Shown one piece after another: positions 51,223-63,756 of a stretch of DNA of 64,000 nucleotides. The stretch is from Octopus bimaculoides. Lineage: Eukaryota. How positions within the stretch are numbered: position 1 is the stretch's first letter; every line of letters begins with the position of its first letter. Location of the stretch: contig NC_068991.1 in the NCBI RefSeq assembly GCF_001194135.2, positions 66,338,523 through 66,402,522 of the forward strand, written 5' to 3'. Made by a program: the position numbers and the translations under genes. The notes beneath the pieces are model-generated. The model searched no databases. It saw only the letters and a list, made by a program, of their open reading frames with translations, and was not told where the DNA came from.

Positions 51223-51629
51223 ATAATTGGGGAGGGAAACGGAAAATGGATTAGATACGAATCTTTATTCAACGCAACAATCGTTTCGATTCATCCTGCA
51301 GCTGTCCCCTAAGGGTAGGATATTGTGCATCTAGCTGTGTTGCATCAATCAGTGCCATCTCAGGTGCTTGGTATAAAAAGATATCCTACTACATGTACTG
51401 AGTTCCTTCGGGCATGTACTCTCTCGTAGTATGTGACTACATTCAGCGTATGCAGTAGGATACCTTTTTATACCAAACACCCGAGGTGACACAGACTGCA
51501 CTGATTATGCAACACAGCTTGATGCACGATATCCTACGCTTACGGGACAGTTGCAGGATGAGTCGAAACGATCATTACGTTGAATAAAGATTCATATCAA
51601 ATCCATTTTTCGTTCCCCTCATCAATTAT
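51223..51629. repeat. Long imperfect inverted repeat, ~170-180-bp arms, ~55-nt spacer
   Basis: 51223-51394 pairs with 51450-51629. Confidence 0.9.
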
Positions 51630-51645
51630 GTATGTATGTATGTGC

Positions 51646-51706
<61 letters not shown>

Positions 51707-52204
51707 GAGCACTTCCCGGCTCGGTAATCGAAACCCCGACCTTGTAGTCGTGAGTGCAACACCCTAACCACTAGGCCACACGCCATCACGTTATTTGTAT
51801 TAGTTTGCTTTTATTCTTTACCGTATATCTTTGTAGTCCGACAGTAGTTGTTTTATAGCAAGAAGAAGAAAAGAACAAGAAGAAGAAGAAAATGAAGAAG
51901 AACAACAACAGTTTCTGTATTTTGTCATTGAAAGCAATTATATTCAATTCCATTCATTCACAAATACGATTACGTGAAACGTTAAGAACTATGAGGTGGT
52001 GCATACACAATGTGAAAGTTGAAGACAGAGATATAAGAAAACAAAGTAGGCGGGTTTGGGACGTTACACAAATAAAACACAAAGAATTTATATACAAATA
52101 AGGACTTATGAGAGTAGCTATAAAAAAACACATATATTAAAAAAAAATTACTTACAGAAAAACTTAGGGTTGCTCATTCAGACACGAGTGAGAACTCACT
52201 GGTT

Positions 52205-52650
52205 GTCTTTTGTCATTTACTTGTTTCAGTCATTAGACTGCGGCCATGCTGGGACACCGCCTTGAAGAAATTTTAGTCGAATGACTCGACCCCAGTACTA
52301 ATATTTTTTTAAAGCTTGGTACTTATCCAATCGAACTATTTTTGCCGAACCGCTAAGTTACAGGGTTGTAAACACGCCAACACCGGTTGTTAAGCGGCAG
52401 TGGGAGGACAAACGCAGACAGATACAGCTATATATTCTTTAAGCTGAGAGGATGTAAACTCTGACTTTCTTCTCTTTTTCTCTACCCACTGACGAAGGAT
52501 TGAATCCGAAACGCTGGATATTCCACTCCTCACGACAAGTTCACTGTACCCCTTTCACTTTTCTCTCTCTCTCTCTCTCTNNNNNNNNNNNNNNNNNNNN
52601 NNNNNNNNNNNNNNNNNNNNNNNNNNNNNNNNNNNNNNNNNNNNNNNNNN

Positions 52651-52682
<32 letters not shown>

Positions 52683-52850
52683 GACGAGCTTCTTTCAGTT
52701 TCCGTCTACCAAATTTACTCACAATGCATTGAGCGGCCTGAGGCTATTTCAGAAGACACTTGTTCTCATTGTGCCACACAGTGGGGCTGAACTCGGCACC
52801 ATGTGGTTGGGAAGCAAACTTCTTACCACACAGCCACGACTGCGCCTATA
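52205..52850 (-). mobile_element. SINE family A, halves separated by a short insert, microsatellite and N-gap
   Basis: 3' half at about 52205-52410 and 5' half at about 52680-52850. Confidence 0.7.
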
Positions 52851-54639
52851 GTTAGGTTAGATTAAATCTGCTCGCCCCACCCCGTCAGTTGCTCGCAGTT
52901 GAAAAGGGTGCATCTAGAAGTGTTTGTTAACATCGGTTTGAGTGAGACGAGATAACACATACCCCCACGTTCGGCAAGTATTCTTGCTTTAACATGGGAT
53001 AAACTTCCGGTGATATTTTCAGTTAATGTCCATCTTTTAATCACTTCCTGTATTTTGGAACGTTTACATCTTCGCTAACTGGTACAGAGTTATTTTTTTT
53101 AACCCTTTATTCGTTTATTAGAGCTAGGAGGGACCAGGAACTGGGTTGGGATCTTTTCTGTTTGGCTGCCACTTTTCAATTTCTTCAGTTTTTGTTTCAA
53201 CTGAGTTCAAAATCTGCAGCCTTTATTACGAACATTAATCTACTGGATTAGGGCTGACCTGGCGCTTAACAACAACAGTAATAACAAACAACTGAATAAC
53301 TATGTATACATCTAAAACAATAATAAATGAGTATATGCATATATACGTACAAGTATGTGTATACCTGCATCTACCTGTATATATAGGTGCATATCTGGGT
53401 ACAGGACGTTGCAAACAAAACGTAGACAAAAAAAATAATAACCAGAGTACAGAAAACACACAGGCCACATAGAGAACATTTTCCTTCATCAGCTGCCACC
53501 ATTCTAACACAGGCGTTTCGAAGAGTTAGGGCAGGACGCATCGTTAAAATGGCTCTTCCCACGGACCACAAATTAAATTTGTACCCACAAATTAAATTTG
53601 TACCATGGAGAAATGTAGTGGCGGACAGAAAACAAGACAGGAAAACAAACAGAAAAGGCTATACGGCCAGACGTGAAAAATTATGTGTATATTGAACGCT
53701 ATGAAGCAACGAACTGGAAGGAAGCGGGATGAAGTAGGTTCGTATGTTTGCTCGGCGATAGCCAAGGAAAAAAAGAATAAGCTGGACACATGTATACATC
53801 TACCCTGCAGTGATCCATGAAAAGTTTCGAATCCCAAACCACAAAGTAATATTGGTTAATATTTCATTATTAACCCAGTTTCATTTATTTATATCATTAG
53901 AAGCATGGTCTTAAGAGACACAACAGTTATAACTAGAAAGACTTGTTAGTCTGCCTCATGATCTCGGCGGATAAAATAGAAAAGGCGTTGTCCCGAAGGC
54001 TGATGAGGGAGACGCGCTGGAACAGCCACTCCGACTCGCGGAGTTCGCATTGCGAATAGCCATCGCTGCCCCGATTGCTGTAAGTAAGGATGTAGTCCGG
54101 GGCAGGGATGTTATCCGTCGGTTTCCATTGCTACAGGTTCGACCACTCATTAGTGACCCATTAATATTAAAAAAGACCTAATTCTCCCGTGATGATTTGG
54201 GAACATTAGCTTGTTACAGTTAGCTTGACTACCAGTGCGTGACGAAGTATAGATATTTAGATTGACAAGTAACTTCACACAGCCACGGCCAGATGTCTCC
54301 CTTTTAATTAGCTGTGTAAATAGTTGTCTATATTTGTTGTACACACACTCGCATACACGCACACATACACATATTCGCACAAAAATACACATTGATGAAT
54401 AGTTCTTGAAGTATCTGTTCTGAACGGATAAATAAATCAATGAATGCTCTCATAAAAGCAGCAATACAAGGTCAAGGATATCATCTTTCTCCTCTGACAA
54501 AGCTATAAAAAAAGTAGGACATATAAGTAAAATTTCAATGCATGACCTGACATATTGTCAATAGATTTCTGGCAAACATACCACAGGCCCAGAGACAGAC
54601 ATTTTCAAAACTTGTCCGCGAGTGTCGAATTGCTGTTCA

Positions 54640-55915
54640 CTTATACTGGTATTCAAAAATGCTTTTTATGCGGCAAAACATTCCCCGAAATAAATTGAAA
54701 TGAGAAAATTGTTCAAGGTTTGCCATTGTTGTGCTCGAGGCTCTATTCAAGACTTATACCATTTGGCTGGTTTAGAGGCAAAAAAAAAAAAAAAAACTCC
54801 CTGCACCCATTTTCAACTTCATCCACGTTGTTGATCCTCATCCGCATAGGAAATGAGCCATGGGCTCGGAAAAGGTGATAATCTGATGGCGGAAGGTCTG
54901 GAATGAATGGCAGCACTTCCAGCCCATTTCCAAGTATGCGCTTGTCACATGCAGTATGAGCTGTGGCATTGCCATGCTGGGGCATTGCCATGCTGGGGCA
55001 TTGCCATGCTGGGGCATTGCCACGTTATAAGTATGCGCGTCTTCGTTTGCCCTGACTTTCAAAGCATTATATACTTGCTGCAGTTATTGGGCATAAAGGT
55101 TAGCGTTCACAGTATGGCCATCTGGGACCAGCACAAGGTGCAATAGCCCCTCGAAATTCCACCAAATACAACATGACCTTCTATTCATACCGCTCTTGTT
55201 GACAACAGATATCATTGGCTGGAACGAAGCCAATGATATCTTTTATTAGGATTACGAAAACAGATCCATTTTTCACCCCCAGTTACAGTTCGACGCATAT
55301 CTCGAAGATATGCCGGCAGTTGTTTGCAAATGTTCACACGTCGTTGAGCCTGTCAGCGGTCATTTCATGAAGAGCTTCTCAACAACGTCTGTTCCCAAGG
55401 CCCAGCAGGTGGAAGTGTCAATTTATGATGCTTTGTGAAGGATTAAGTTCTGCTGACAACGTACGAGTACTTGTGCTTGGCTGTTTAACCATTTCAAACA
55501 AGGCCTTACTTTCCACAGCAGAAGATCTCCTTGATCTTAGTTTGTTTTCGAGGCTGGTGTCACTTTTTTTGAAACGTCTGAACCAGTTTTGTGTCAGACG
55601 TTCGTTGACTACTCCTGGGCCCTTCACATCATTAATTTCTTTTGTTGCTGCCTTTGCACTCAGCCCCTTTTTTTTTCAAGAGGTAGCGTGAGATAGCTCT
55701 AGCTGCAATTTTTTCACCACTCATTATCAAAGTTGTAAAGTAAAGAATAAACAGTTAACGTTATATGTTATATATGAAAATAAAGAATAGACAATTCAGC
55801 AACGATTGTACAAATCGTATCAAATTAATCATAGGACATGGTGATACAAGTGGCAAAAAATCATCAGTGAAAATCCGAAAAAAAAACTTTTGACTTGCAC
55901 GAAACTTATGGTATC
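54640..55915 (-). mobile_element. Mariner (DD34D-type) transposon, degenerate, near full length
   Basis: N-terminal VNERLTQNWFRRFKKSDTSLENKLRSRR...STRTLSAEL, central WWNFEGLLHLVLVPDGHTVNANLYAQ*L, and catalytic QHGNATAHTA...IPDLPPSDYHLFR. Many frameshifts. Confidence 0.9.
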
Positions 55916-55974
55916 GGTCTTTGACTTCACTGTCTTACACATTTCCCCTCTCCGAAGAACTATACGAATTCAGG

Positions 55975-56500
55975 TCACTCACTTAATCACCACACTACCC
56001 ACAAGATAATGGATCGTGGTTTCAACAAGAAACCTCCCTCATGTACCATTCTATCAACTATCGACACCAGCAAAGCTTCTGACTCCATCTCTGCGCTTCA
56101 CTCATAAGAAACAGCACAAAATGCTGGCTAGCAAATTACCTCGCAGGTTGCCAAGCGTATGTTGTGTACAAGAACAATATTCTAAGAGCGTGTGAGTTTT
56201 CGAATTAAGTAGCATGAAGTTACATCTTCTCATTCACTCTATACGACTTTCCCACACCTCATCTAAACATACATAGCCTCATACACAAATGACATTATAC
56301 GCACATTTTCCCACTATGCTTCACATATAGCCACACGACTACTACGACTCTACGTAAATCACCTAGAAACTTAACTCCATAAAAAAAAAAAACACTCACC
56401 AAATTCACTGTCTTCCTCCATATCAACAACTCCAGAGAACATCAAATATAACCTACCCTCGCAATTAATAATATGTACATACCACAACAATTACATCACA
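55975..56500 (+). mobile_element. Degenerate LINE reverse-transcriptase fragment (I/Jockey-group-like)
   Basis: GFNKKPPSCTILSTIDTSKASDSI, WLANYLAGCQAYVVY and SYTNDI (YADD equivalent) occur in colinear order. Confidence 0.65.
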
Positions 56501-56899
56501 CATAAAAAAACTTAATAAAGAAACGAAAACGACGCATAAACAGAGTACAACACCTGGTACACACACACACACACATGTATGCTTGTTTATCGCGAGCATT
56601 TGGTAAAAAACAAAACAAAATCAGAATGATAAATGAATCTTCTCTAGACACATTGAAAATGGAGCGAATGGTGAATTCCTAGCCACCAAAATCGCGGCCC
56701 ACGACAGTGAAGCCTCCCCCGTTACGTATTTTCTTGATCATCTCTGCCTTTTCTTGTGGAGAATACACTAGTCTACGTCATTTGTTAGGATCAGGTACCT
56801 TTGTCTTTTTTCTCTACATTAACCCCATATTGACTGACGCGAACACATAAATCCATCTGAAAAATACGTTACCTTGCAGCAAGTCTTGTAAACACAAAT

Positions 56900-57165
56900 G
56901 ATAGTCAGTGCATTCTGGGTAGTTGAGCATTGTGGGTGGGTTGCTGTGGCGGATTTTGGGGGGTACAAGCAGAATCTTTGACTGATCACCGACCCATGTT
57001 ATTTATAGATCAAATCCGTGATAAGCACAACATGGTTCACAATTGATTTTTGTTGTTCACCACTATCCTTCACAATCTCCTCACTGTCATTGCTAGCCAT
57101 GTTCAATTTATCAGCGATGAATCAATCAGTGATCAATGAATCAGTGATAAACGAGACTACATGTA
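56900..57165 (-). mobile_element. Tigger/pogo-like 5'-end fragment, same family as 13040
   Basis: Shares caattgtgaa...cttatca.ggatt.gatct...ggtgatc...aagattctgcttgtac with 13110-13185. TA-CA..TAGTCTCGTTTATCAC TIR-like end at about 57165. Confidence 0.55.
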
Positions 57166-57394
57166 CCAGATTTGGTCAACAGTGTACAAACAATACATCA
57201 CGGTCTGTGTCAATCCATCATGGTTTAAGTTAGTGGTTTCCAAGGTGGGCAGTACTGCTCCCCGACAACTTATAGGGGTGGTGAAAAGATCCAGGAATGT
57301 GGCCCGTGTCCCAAGGGTGCAGCAACCCGAAAAACTTTGTTTCTTTCTCTCTCTGTTATACACACAAGCGCGTGAGCACACACACACACACATA

Positions 57395-58025
57395 CAGTGT
57401 GCGTAAGGTATTTGAGACCATACCTTTTTGGGGTCATTGCTGCATTTTTTGCTAACTCTGTCTAATCTTTGCTTCAGAAAATAATGGCAGACCCTCAGCT
57501 TACTCAAGAAATGAAGCGGCATGCTGTTATTGTGGTTATAAAGGCTGAGCATAGCGATTTAGCAATACCTCGATTTTTAAAAGTTGCTAGAGTTTTCGTC
57601 TACAAAGTTTGTAAGGAGTTAGAGACTGAAAATGGAAACGTATCACCAGTATTAAAGCATAAAAAGAACTCTAAACGCTATGAAATCATCAGAACACTTG
57701 AATTTATCCAGCAAGTTCAACAGACCATTGATTACAATCTCAGAAAGTCCATGAGGTCAATTGAAAAAGATCTGCATGTGTCAGAAGGAACAGTCAGAAA
57801 TGTTGTCCACGAAGACATCAGATATAAAGTAAAAGAAAGCATTACATCAGATCTAAAAGGTTCTTAAACAAACTGAAAAATCCAGCAGAAGAAGATTTCA
57901 TTTGGTTTTTCTCAAACGAGAAAAAACTTCGACTAAGATCGAAAAGTTAGCAGAAGAAACGACAGATAGTTATGTGCAGACCTTTCTGAAGATCCAAGTG
58001 TTATGCATACAAAATTTCCTGCAAT
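57395..58025 (+). mobile_element. Tc1/mariner-superfamily transposon (maT/DD37D-like), internally deleted and 3'-truncated
   Basis: TA|CAGTG start at 57393-57399. ATG 57484: ...IRTLEFIQQVQQTIDYNLRKSMRSIEKDLHVSEGTVRNVVHEDIRYK, then FSNEKNFD*DRKVSRRNDR...MHTKFPA (first catalytic Asp motif FSDEK decayed). Confidence 0.8.
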
Positions 58026-59221
58026 ATATATATATTAGTGGCGGCCCGCCCAGTGATGAGCCATGTTCCACGCGGCCTTCTTCTAGAAAAGGTTATCCAC
58101 GCCTGATGTAAAGGGCACTTTTTTTATAACTTGTAAAGGCAGATGATTCAGGCCACTGAATGCTAACAGTGCCTTTATCAATAATCACAACTCAGTTACA
58201 CGACGCAGTTACTATGTTGATTCACCCATCAGTGTTCTCGTTAATTAAGTAGTTTAGTATACAACACATCAAATAAGGTTAACGGTCTGACGACAAAAGA
58301 TAACGTTTCAAATCAATAATATGATCAATGGATATCCAGTAGATATCGTGTTTTAAACTGTTCTGGTTGTTTTTTTAAGGTTATTCTGATACAGTAAGCA
58401 CAGGATCAAAGCTATTCCTTTTTCTTAATTTAATTATAGTGTCCCCTTTCTAAGATTACATTATCCAATGCTTCTCTATATTTTTTATCGATAGCGTGTG
58501 ATTTGAAGATTTAGCTTCTATCTTAAGCAAGTCAAGCAACCACATAAAGTTCTCCTCATATTACTACAGTTTTAGTGTCGTAAACATAAATAATGATTTC
58601 TGATCTAGGAACAAGGTGAACAGCTTTGAAGATGTGGTGGTAATGGTGGTGGTAGTTAGTCGATTACATCGACCCAGTATTCGACTAGTACTTCATTCTT
58701 ATCGACGCTGAAAAAACTTAAGTCCAAAGTTGATCTCCGCAGGATTTGAACTCAGAACGTAAAGAGTTAGAAGAAAGACCGCAAGACATTTTTTTTCTGA
58801 TGCTCTAATGATTCTGCTCGCTCGCCATTTTGTGTCTTAAACATGAATCGCAGACATGGCGGAGTTCTTAAGAAGCTCGATTTCTAATCACCTAGTTTCG
58901 TGTTCAGTCCCTCTATGCAGCAACATGGGTAAGTGTTTTCTACTATAGCCCCGGGCTGATTAATGCCTTGTGAGTGAATATGGTAGATGGAAATTGTGTG
59001 GAAGCCTGTCGTATATATACACGCGATTTACAGGAAACATAAAAAGACCAACACCGTCTAGGAACAATCTAACATAAACACAAACACAGACAGTTTCCGT
59101 CTACCAAATTCATTCTCGAAGGCTTTGGTCGATTTGCGTCTATAGTGGAAGACGCTTGTCCAAGATGTCTCGCAGTGGGATTGAAACCGAAATCACCTGG
59201 CTCCTTTACCACACAGCCACT

Positions 59222-61340
59222 TTGTGATTGTGAGTGGGCCGACAAAAAGGAACAGCTGTCGAATCATAAGGATCATAAGAAGGACTTCATAACAAAACCG
59301 TTTATACACCTCATATGCCCTACCAAATCTGACCTGGGAAATATAAGCAAGAACATTCTGGATAAAGTAATACCAATTGTCAAGAAGAAATTAAACGTCA
59401 ACCTATGGTCCTGAATAGGTGAAGTCATAACATGGTTTCATATCTTGAACAACAAAAACTCTTCTTCATTCCTACAATTTGATATAAATAATTACTACTC
59501 ATCTATTTCCCCTAAACTACTAAATAAAGCGCTCCTTCGAGCTAGGAATCTAACTAACCTAACTTCACTAGAAATTAACATAATTCTTAACGCCCGAAAA
59601 AACGCTAATTTCTTTCGAGGATAAGCTCCGGTGCCAGGCCAACCCCTATAACACCAAGAATAACTATACCAACTTCTTCGACATTACTATGGGATCATCT
59701 GACTCTGCCCAAGTCACGGGCCTCGTTGGACTATACTTACTCCATCAGCTCCGAACACACTTCTCTAATATCAAGGGAAATCTGTACAGAAATGATGCTT
59801 TGCTAGTCACCATGGGCGTAAATAAATCCTCTTTAGAACGAATTAAGAAAGATCTACACAAGTTCTTCTCTAACTTCAATCTATCTATTACTTGTGAAAA
59901 CTCTCTTAAAACCGCTAATTTTTTAGACGTTACTTTAAACTTAGAAACCTCCCAATACTCCCCATAGCACAAACCAAACCAGTATCTTAATTATTTAAAC
60001 TTTAACTCCAATCATCACAAATCAACCTTCGATAATATAGTTAAGGGCATCTCGATTCGTATATCTGACCTCTCAGCCACTGAAGAAATATTCTATAACC
60101 GTGCCCCATATTGCAACCTAGCGCTCGCTGCCAGTGGCTTCTCCCAACAAATAAAATACATCTCAAATACTAGGCTCAAACGACATACATCTCAAGTTAT
60201 ATCACCACGACTTGCTAACCATCATAATCATAACAGACTATATGCGCACCATACTAGAACCCTGGGAGAACACAGATTAATACAGTTTAAACCCCACTCC
60301 CCACACTCATATAACAATAGTTCAAAATCAAAACCAGTTAACGATAACGGGCCTTATAACCCCAGTCTAATAACTAAAAATATAGATTATGCTACCTCTA
60401 AGCAACCAAAAAAAAAAAAAAGAAAGCAGTGGACGCTCGATTCTATGGTATACAAATGCACCGTCCTCAACACGCTATACAATTCCATAAGCATATGCAT
60501 AGGATCCACCATAAACTTTAAACAGAGATACTCTGCACATCTATTCTTTTAGATATGAGAACCAGTAAATCCACAACCCTCGCCAGTCATATACATCATC
60601 TTAAAAATAGGAATATTTCATGAAATTATCATGGTCTATAATCAATTCAGGACTTCCATACTAAGGTCAATACTCAGCCTGTAAGCTATACCCGAAAGAT
60701 GCATTCCATATATTAAAACACAATTCTTCACTATTACTAAATAAATATAATGAGGCCCCAGGTACATGCAACCACCACTTTTTCATACCTTCAAATTTTA
60801 ACACACATCTAAATGCAACCTAAATCACCACACATTACATGTACCGAATACCCCTAGGTAACCTCGAACAACCTTATTTGACTTTTAATTTCTTAATTAC
60901 TTCTTGCATACTTCTTGCTTCCTTCTAATATTCTTATCTATTCATTTCTCACTTTATCTACTTCCGTTTCTAGTATAATTCTCAAAATCCATTCATACTA
61001 CAAGATCCTCTTCAATGAATAACACACGCAATTAACATCTACACACTATCCATTTCAAATAACAACATATGAATTCATATCGGACTTTACACATCATGGA
61101 CAAGAAACCCATTCTACACAACATATTTCTTGGGTAACGAACAGGAACTTTAACATGCAACCTGTATTTTTACTTTCATATTTTCCTTTTATACTTTCTG
61201 CATTATATCTAATTCTTGTATATCTCTCCCTCTCAAGGATAACTACTGTAAAAATGAATTCAGTTAATTCTTTCTATTGAAGGTTAACTCGTCTCTGATG
61301 GTGGCATATCATTTATTTCCCTGAAACAGTTGTAAGACCA
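59222..61340 (+). mobile_element. Penelope-like element, RT plus C-terminal GIY-YIG endonuclease, degenerate, with 3' pseudo-LTR region
   Basis: KDHKKDF...LICPTKSDLGNISKNILDK, FLQFDINNYYSSIS, MGSSDSAQVTGLVGLYLL, LYRNDAL, ANFLDVTLNL, KPNQYLNYLNFNSNH, then MVYKCTV...CIGSTINFKQRYSAH...SWSII...LLNKYNE...CNH. Hammerhead-like motif at 61291-61338. Confidence 0.9.
61291..61338 (+). ncRNA. Degenerate minimal type I hammerhead-ribozyme-like motif
   Basis: GTCT-CTGATGG-[weak stem II]-GAAAC-AGTT-GTA-AGAC. Stem I GTCT/AGAC pairs; A9 is replaced by G. Confidence 0.55.
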
Positions 61341-62937
61341 CTTTTCTATTTATAAATGTCCTAGGAATATCAAATTGCATTGGCCTTGTTATCTTATATA
61401 TATATATATATATATNNNNNNNNNNNNNNNNNNNNNNNNNNNNNNNNNNNNNNNNNNNNNNNNNNNNNNNNNNNNNNNNNNNNNNNNNNNNNNNNNNNNN
61501 NNNNNNNNNNNNNNNNNNNNNNNNNNNNNNNNNNNNNNNNNNNNNNNNNNNNNNNNNNNNNNNNNNNNNNNNNNNNNNNNNNNNNNNNNNNNNNNNNNNN
61601 NNNNNNNNNNNNNNNNNNNNNNNNNNNNNNNNNTATATATAGGGAGAATTCACAAAAAAATAAAACAAAAGACGAAGACAGGTGGTGTAGACAACAAACA
61701 GATGTATTAGTATAACGCTCGGGAAGTGAAAAAGTCTTTAACGTTTCGAGCCTACGCTCTTCCACAGAAAGGAACAGAGAAAGAAACAAGGAGAGAAAAT
61801 AAAGAATGTGTAGTGGCTAGCGATCTATCATAGCGAATATATATTGATAATACTAAAACTTTAGGGATGTTTGTGTGTAACTGAAATGTCTCAGAAATAG
61901 TATACTTTATCTTAATGTTTTTACATATCTATTTTCATACTTACCTTCGGCAGTGCAGTACAAATTTTTGTGACATTTGAACTTCTATTTAAACGATTAA
62001 ATACAATTTCTGTTATTTCTTGATGTAAAAAATACATGGCTTCCATGACGTCACGTCAATACATGCAGAATGCACAAACATATAATGAATGTCATGGCGT
62101 GTCTATCGACACAAACAGACGTTCGCTATCTGTAACATATACATACACATTGTCTTCGCGCTCTCTAAGAAAAAAAAAACCCGTTAACTATTTGACGTAC
62201 ACAATATTTTAATCATTTAGAAATATTTTTAACTGAATGTAATTTCACCATCCGAGTTCGTTAATTTACATAAAAATCTTTTATTTATTTACTTTTGTTT
62301 TAAAGTGTAAGAGAGGAGAAAGTAAAAAATGTATGCACGTGTATACAAAAAGGGCGTGTGTGTGTGTGTGAAAGAGAGAGAGAGAGAGGAAGAGAGAGAG
62401 TGAAAAAGAGAGAGTGGAAGAGAGAGAGAGAGAGGAAGAGGGAGAGAAAGAGAGAGAGGAAGAGAGATAGAGAAAGAGAGAGACAGAGTGAGTGAAAAGG
62501 TGTGCTGTCATGTATACGTGCATACATCAATACGTATGCGTACATCTTTTTTGTATATACGTGTGCATGAGTGTGTGTGTGTGTATGTGTCTGAGAGAGA
62601 GAGAGTGTGTGTGTGTTCGTGAGTGAACGTGTGTGTTCTCATGTATGTGTAAGTGGCACTCTCTCTCTCTCTCACACACACGTCCATTTCATATACACGT
62701 TCATACATCATTAACTTTCTTCTCTCTTTCACTTTAAAACAAAAGTAACAGGTGATTTTCAGGATAAAAATTGTTCAAAAAAAAAAAAAAGCTTCTATTC
62801 ATGTAAATTGATTACTTGTTTGAATGTTTGAATAGTTGCAATTAAATAAGTCCAGAAGTTAGGTTAAATATATATACATGCATAAGTACCGTGAATTCCC
62901 ATTCTACAATCTGCCAAACTATTCCGCGAATACTTTA

Positions 62938-62965
62938 CCAGGCAAAGCTGGGTAGTAAGTCTAGT
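62938..62965 (+). mobile_element. Helitron-type 3' terminus
   Basis: Hairpin CCAGGCAAAGCTGGG, 8-nt spacer, CTAG followed by T. Confidence 0.5.
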
Positions 62966-62968
62966 ATA

Positions 62969-62999
<31 letters not shown>

Positions 63000-63006
<7 letters not shown>

Positions 63007-63723
63007 TCTCCACCCCACCATCGTTTGACAGCCGATTTTACTGTTTATGTCAACGTAACTTAGAGGTTCGACAAAAGAGCCCGAAAGACTAAGTACTAGG
63101 CTTACAAAAAAATAAATCCTGGGGTCGATTTCTTTGACTAAAACCCTTTAGAGCGGTGCTCCAGCTGGCTGCAGTCAAATAACTGAAACATGTAAGAAAA
63201 AAAAAATAGAAGAGTACCTAGGCGTGGCTGTGTGGTAAGAAGCTTCCTTCCCAATCACATGGTTCCAGGTTCAGTCCTGTTGTGTGGAACCTTGGGCAAG
63301 TGTCCTCTACTATAGCGTTAGGCTGACTAAAGCTTTGAGACTGGATTTGGTAGACGGAAACTGAAAGAAGCCTGTCGTATATATATATTGCATTTGTCCC
63401 TTCACAATCACTTGACAACCAATGTTGGAGTGTTTACGTCCCCGTAACTTAGCGGTTCGGCAAAAGCGACCGATAAAATAAGTGCCAGGCTTACAAAGAA
63501 TAAGTCCTGGGATCGATTTCTTCAACTAAAAGGCGGTGCTCCAGCATGGCCTCGGTCAAAATGCCTGAAACAGGTAAAAGAAAGTAAAAGAATGTATAGG
63601 TGCAGGCGTGGCTGTGTGACAAGAGGCTTGCGTGGCACCTTGGGCAAGTATCTTCCACTATAGCCTCAGGCCGTTCAAAGCCTTGTGAGTGGATTTGGTA
63701 GACGGAAACTGAAAGAAGCCTGT

Positions 63724-63725
<2 letters not shown>
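63000..63725 (+). mobile_element. Three tandem SINE family A pieces (3' half, full copy 63221-63593, 5' half)
   Basis: Repeated family A motifs in head-to-tail order. Confidence 0.8.

Positions 63726-63753
<28 letters not shown>

Positions 63754-63756
<3 letters not shown>

Noticed and set aside
53470-53530. Minus-strand GAAAC...CTGATGA as a type II hammerhead
   Set aside because: Stem II and stem I pairings could not be formed convincingly.
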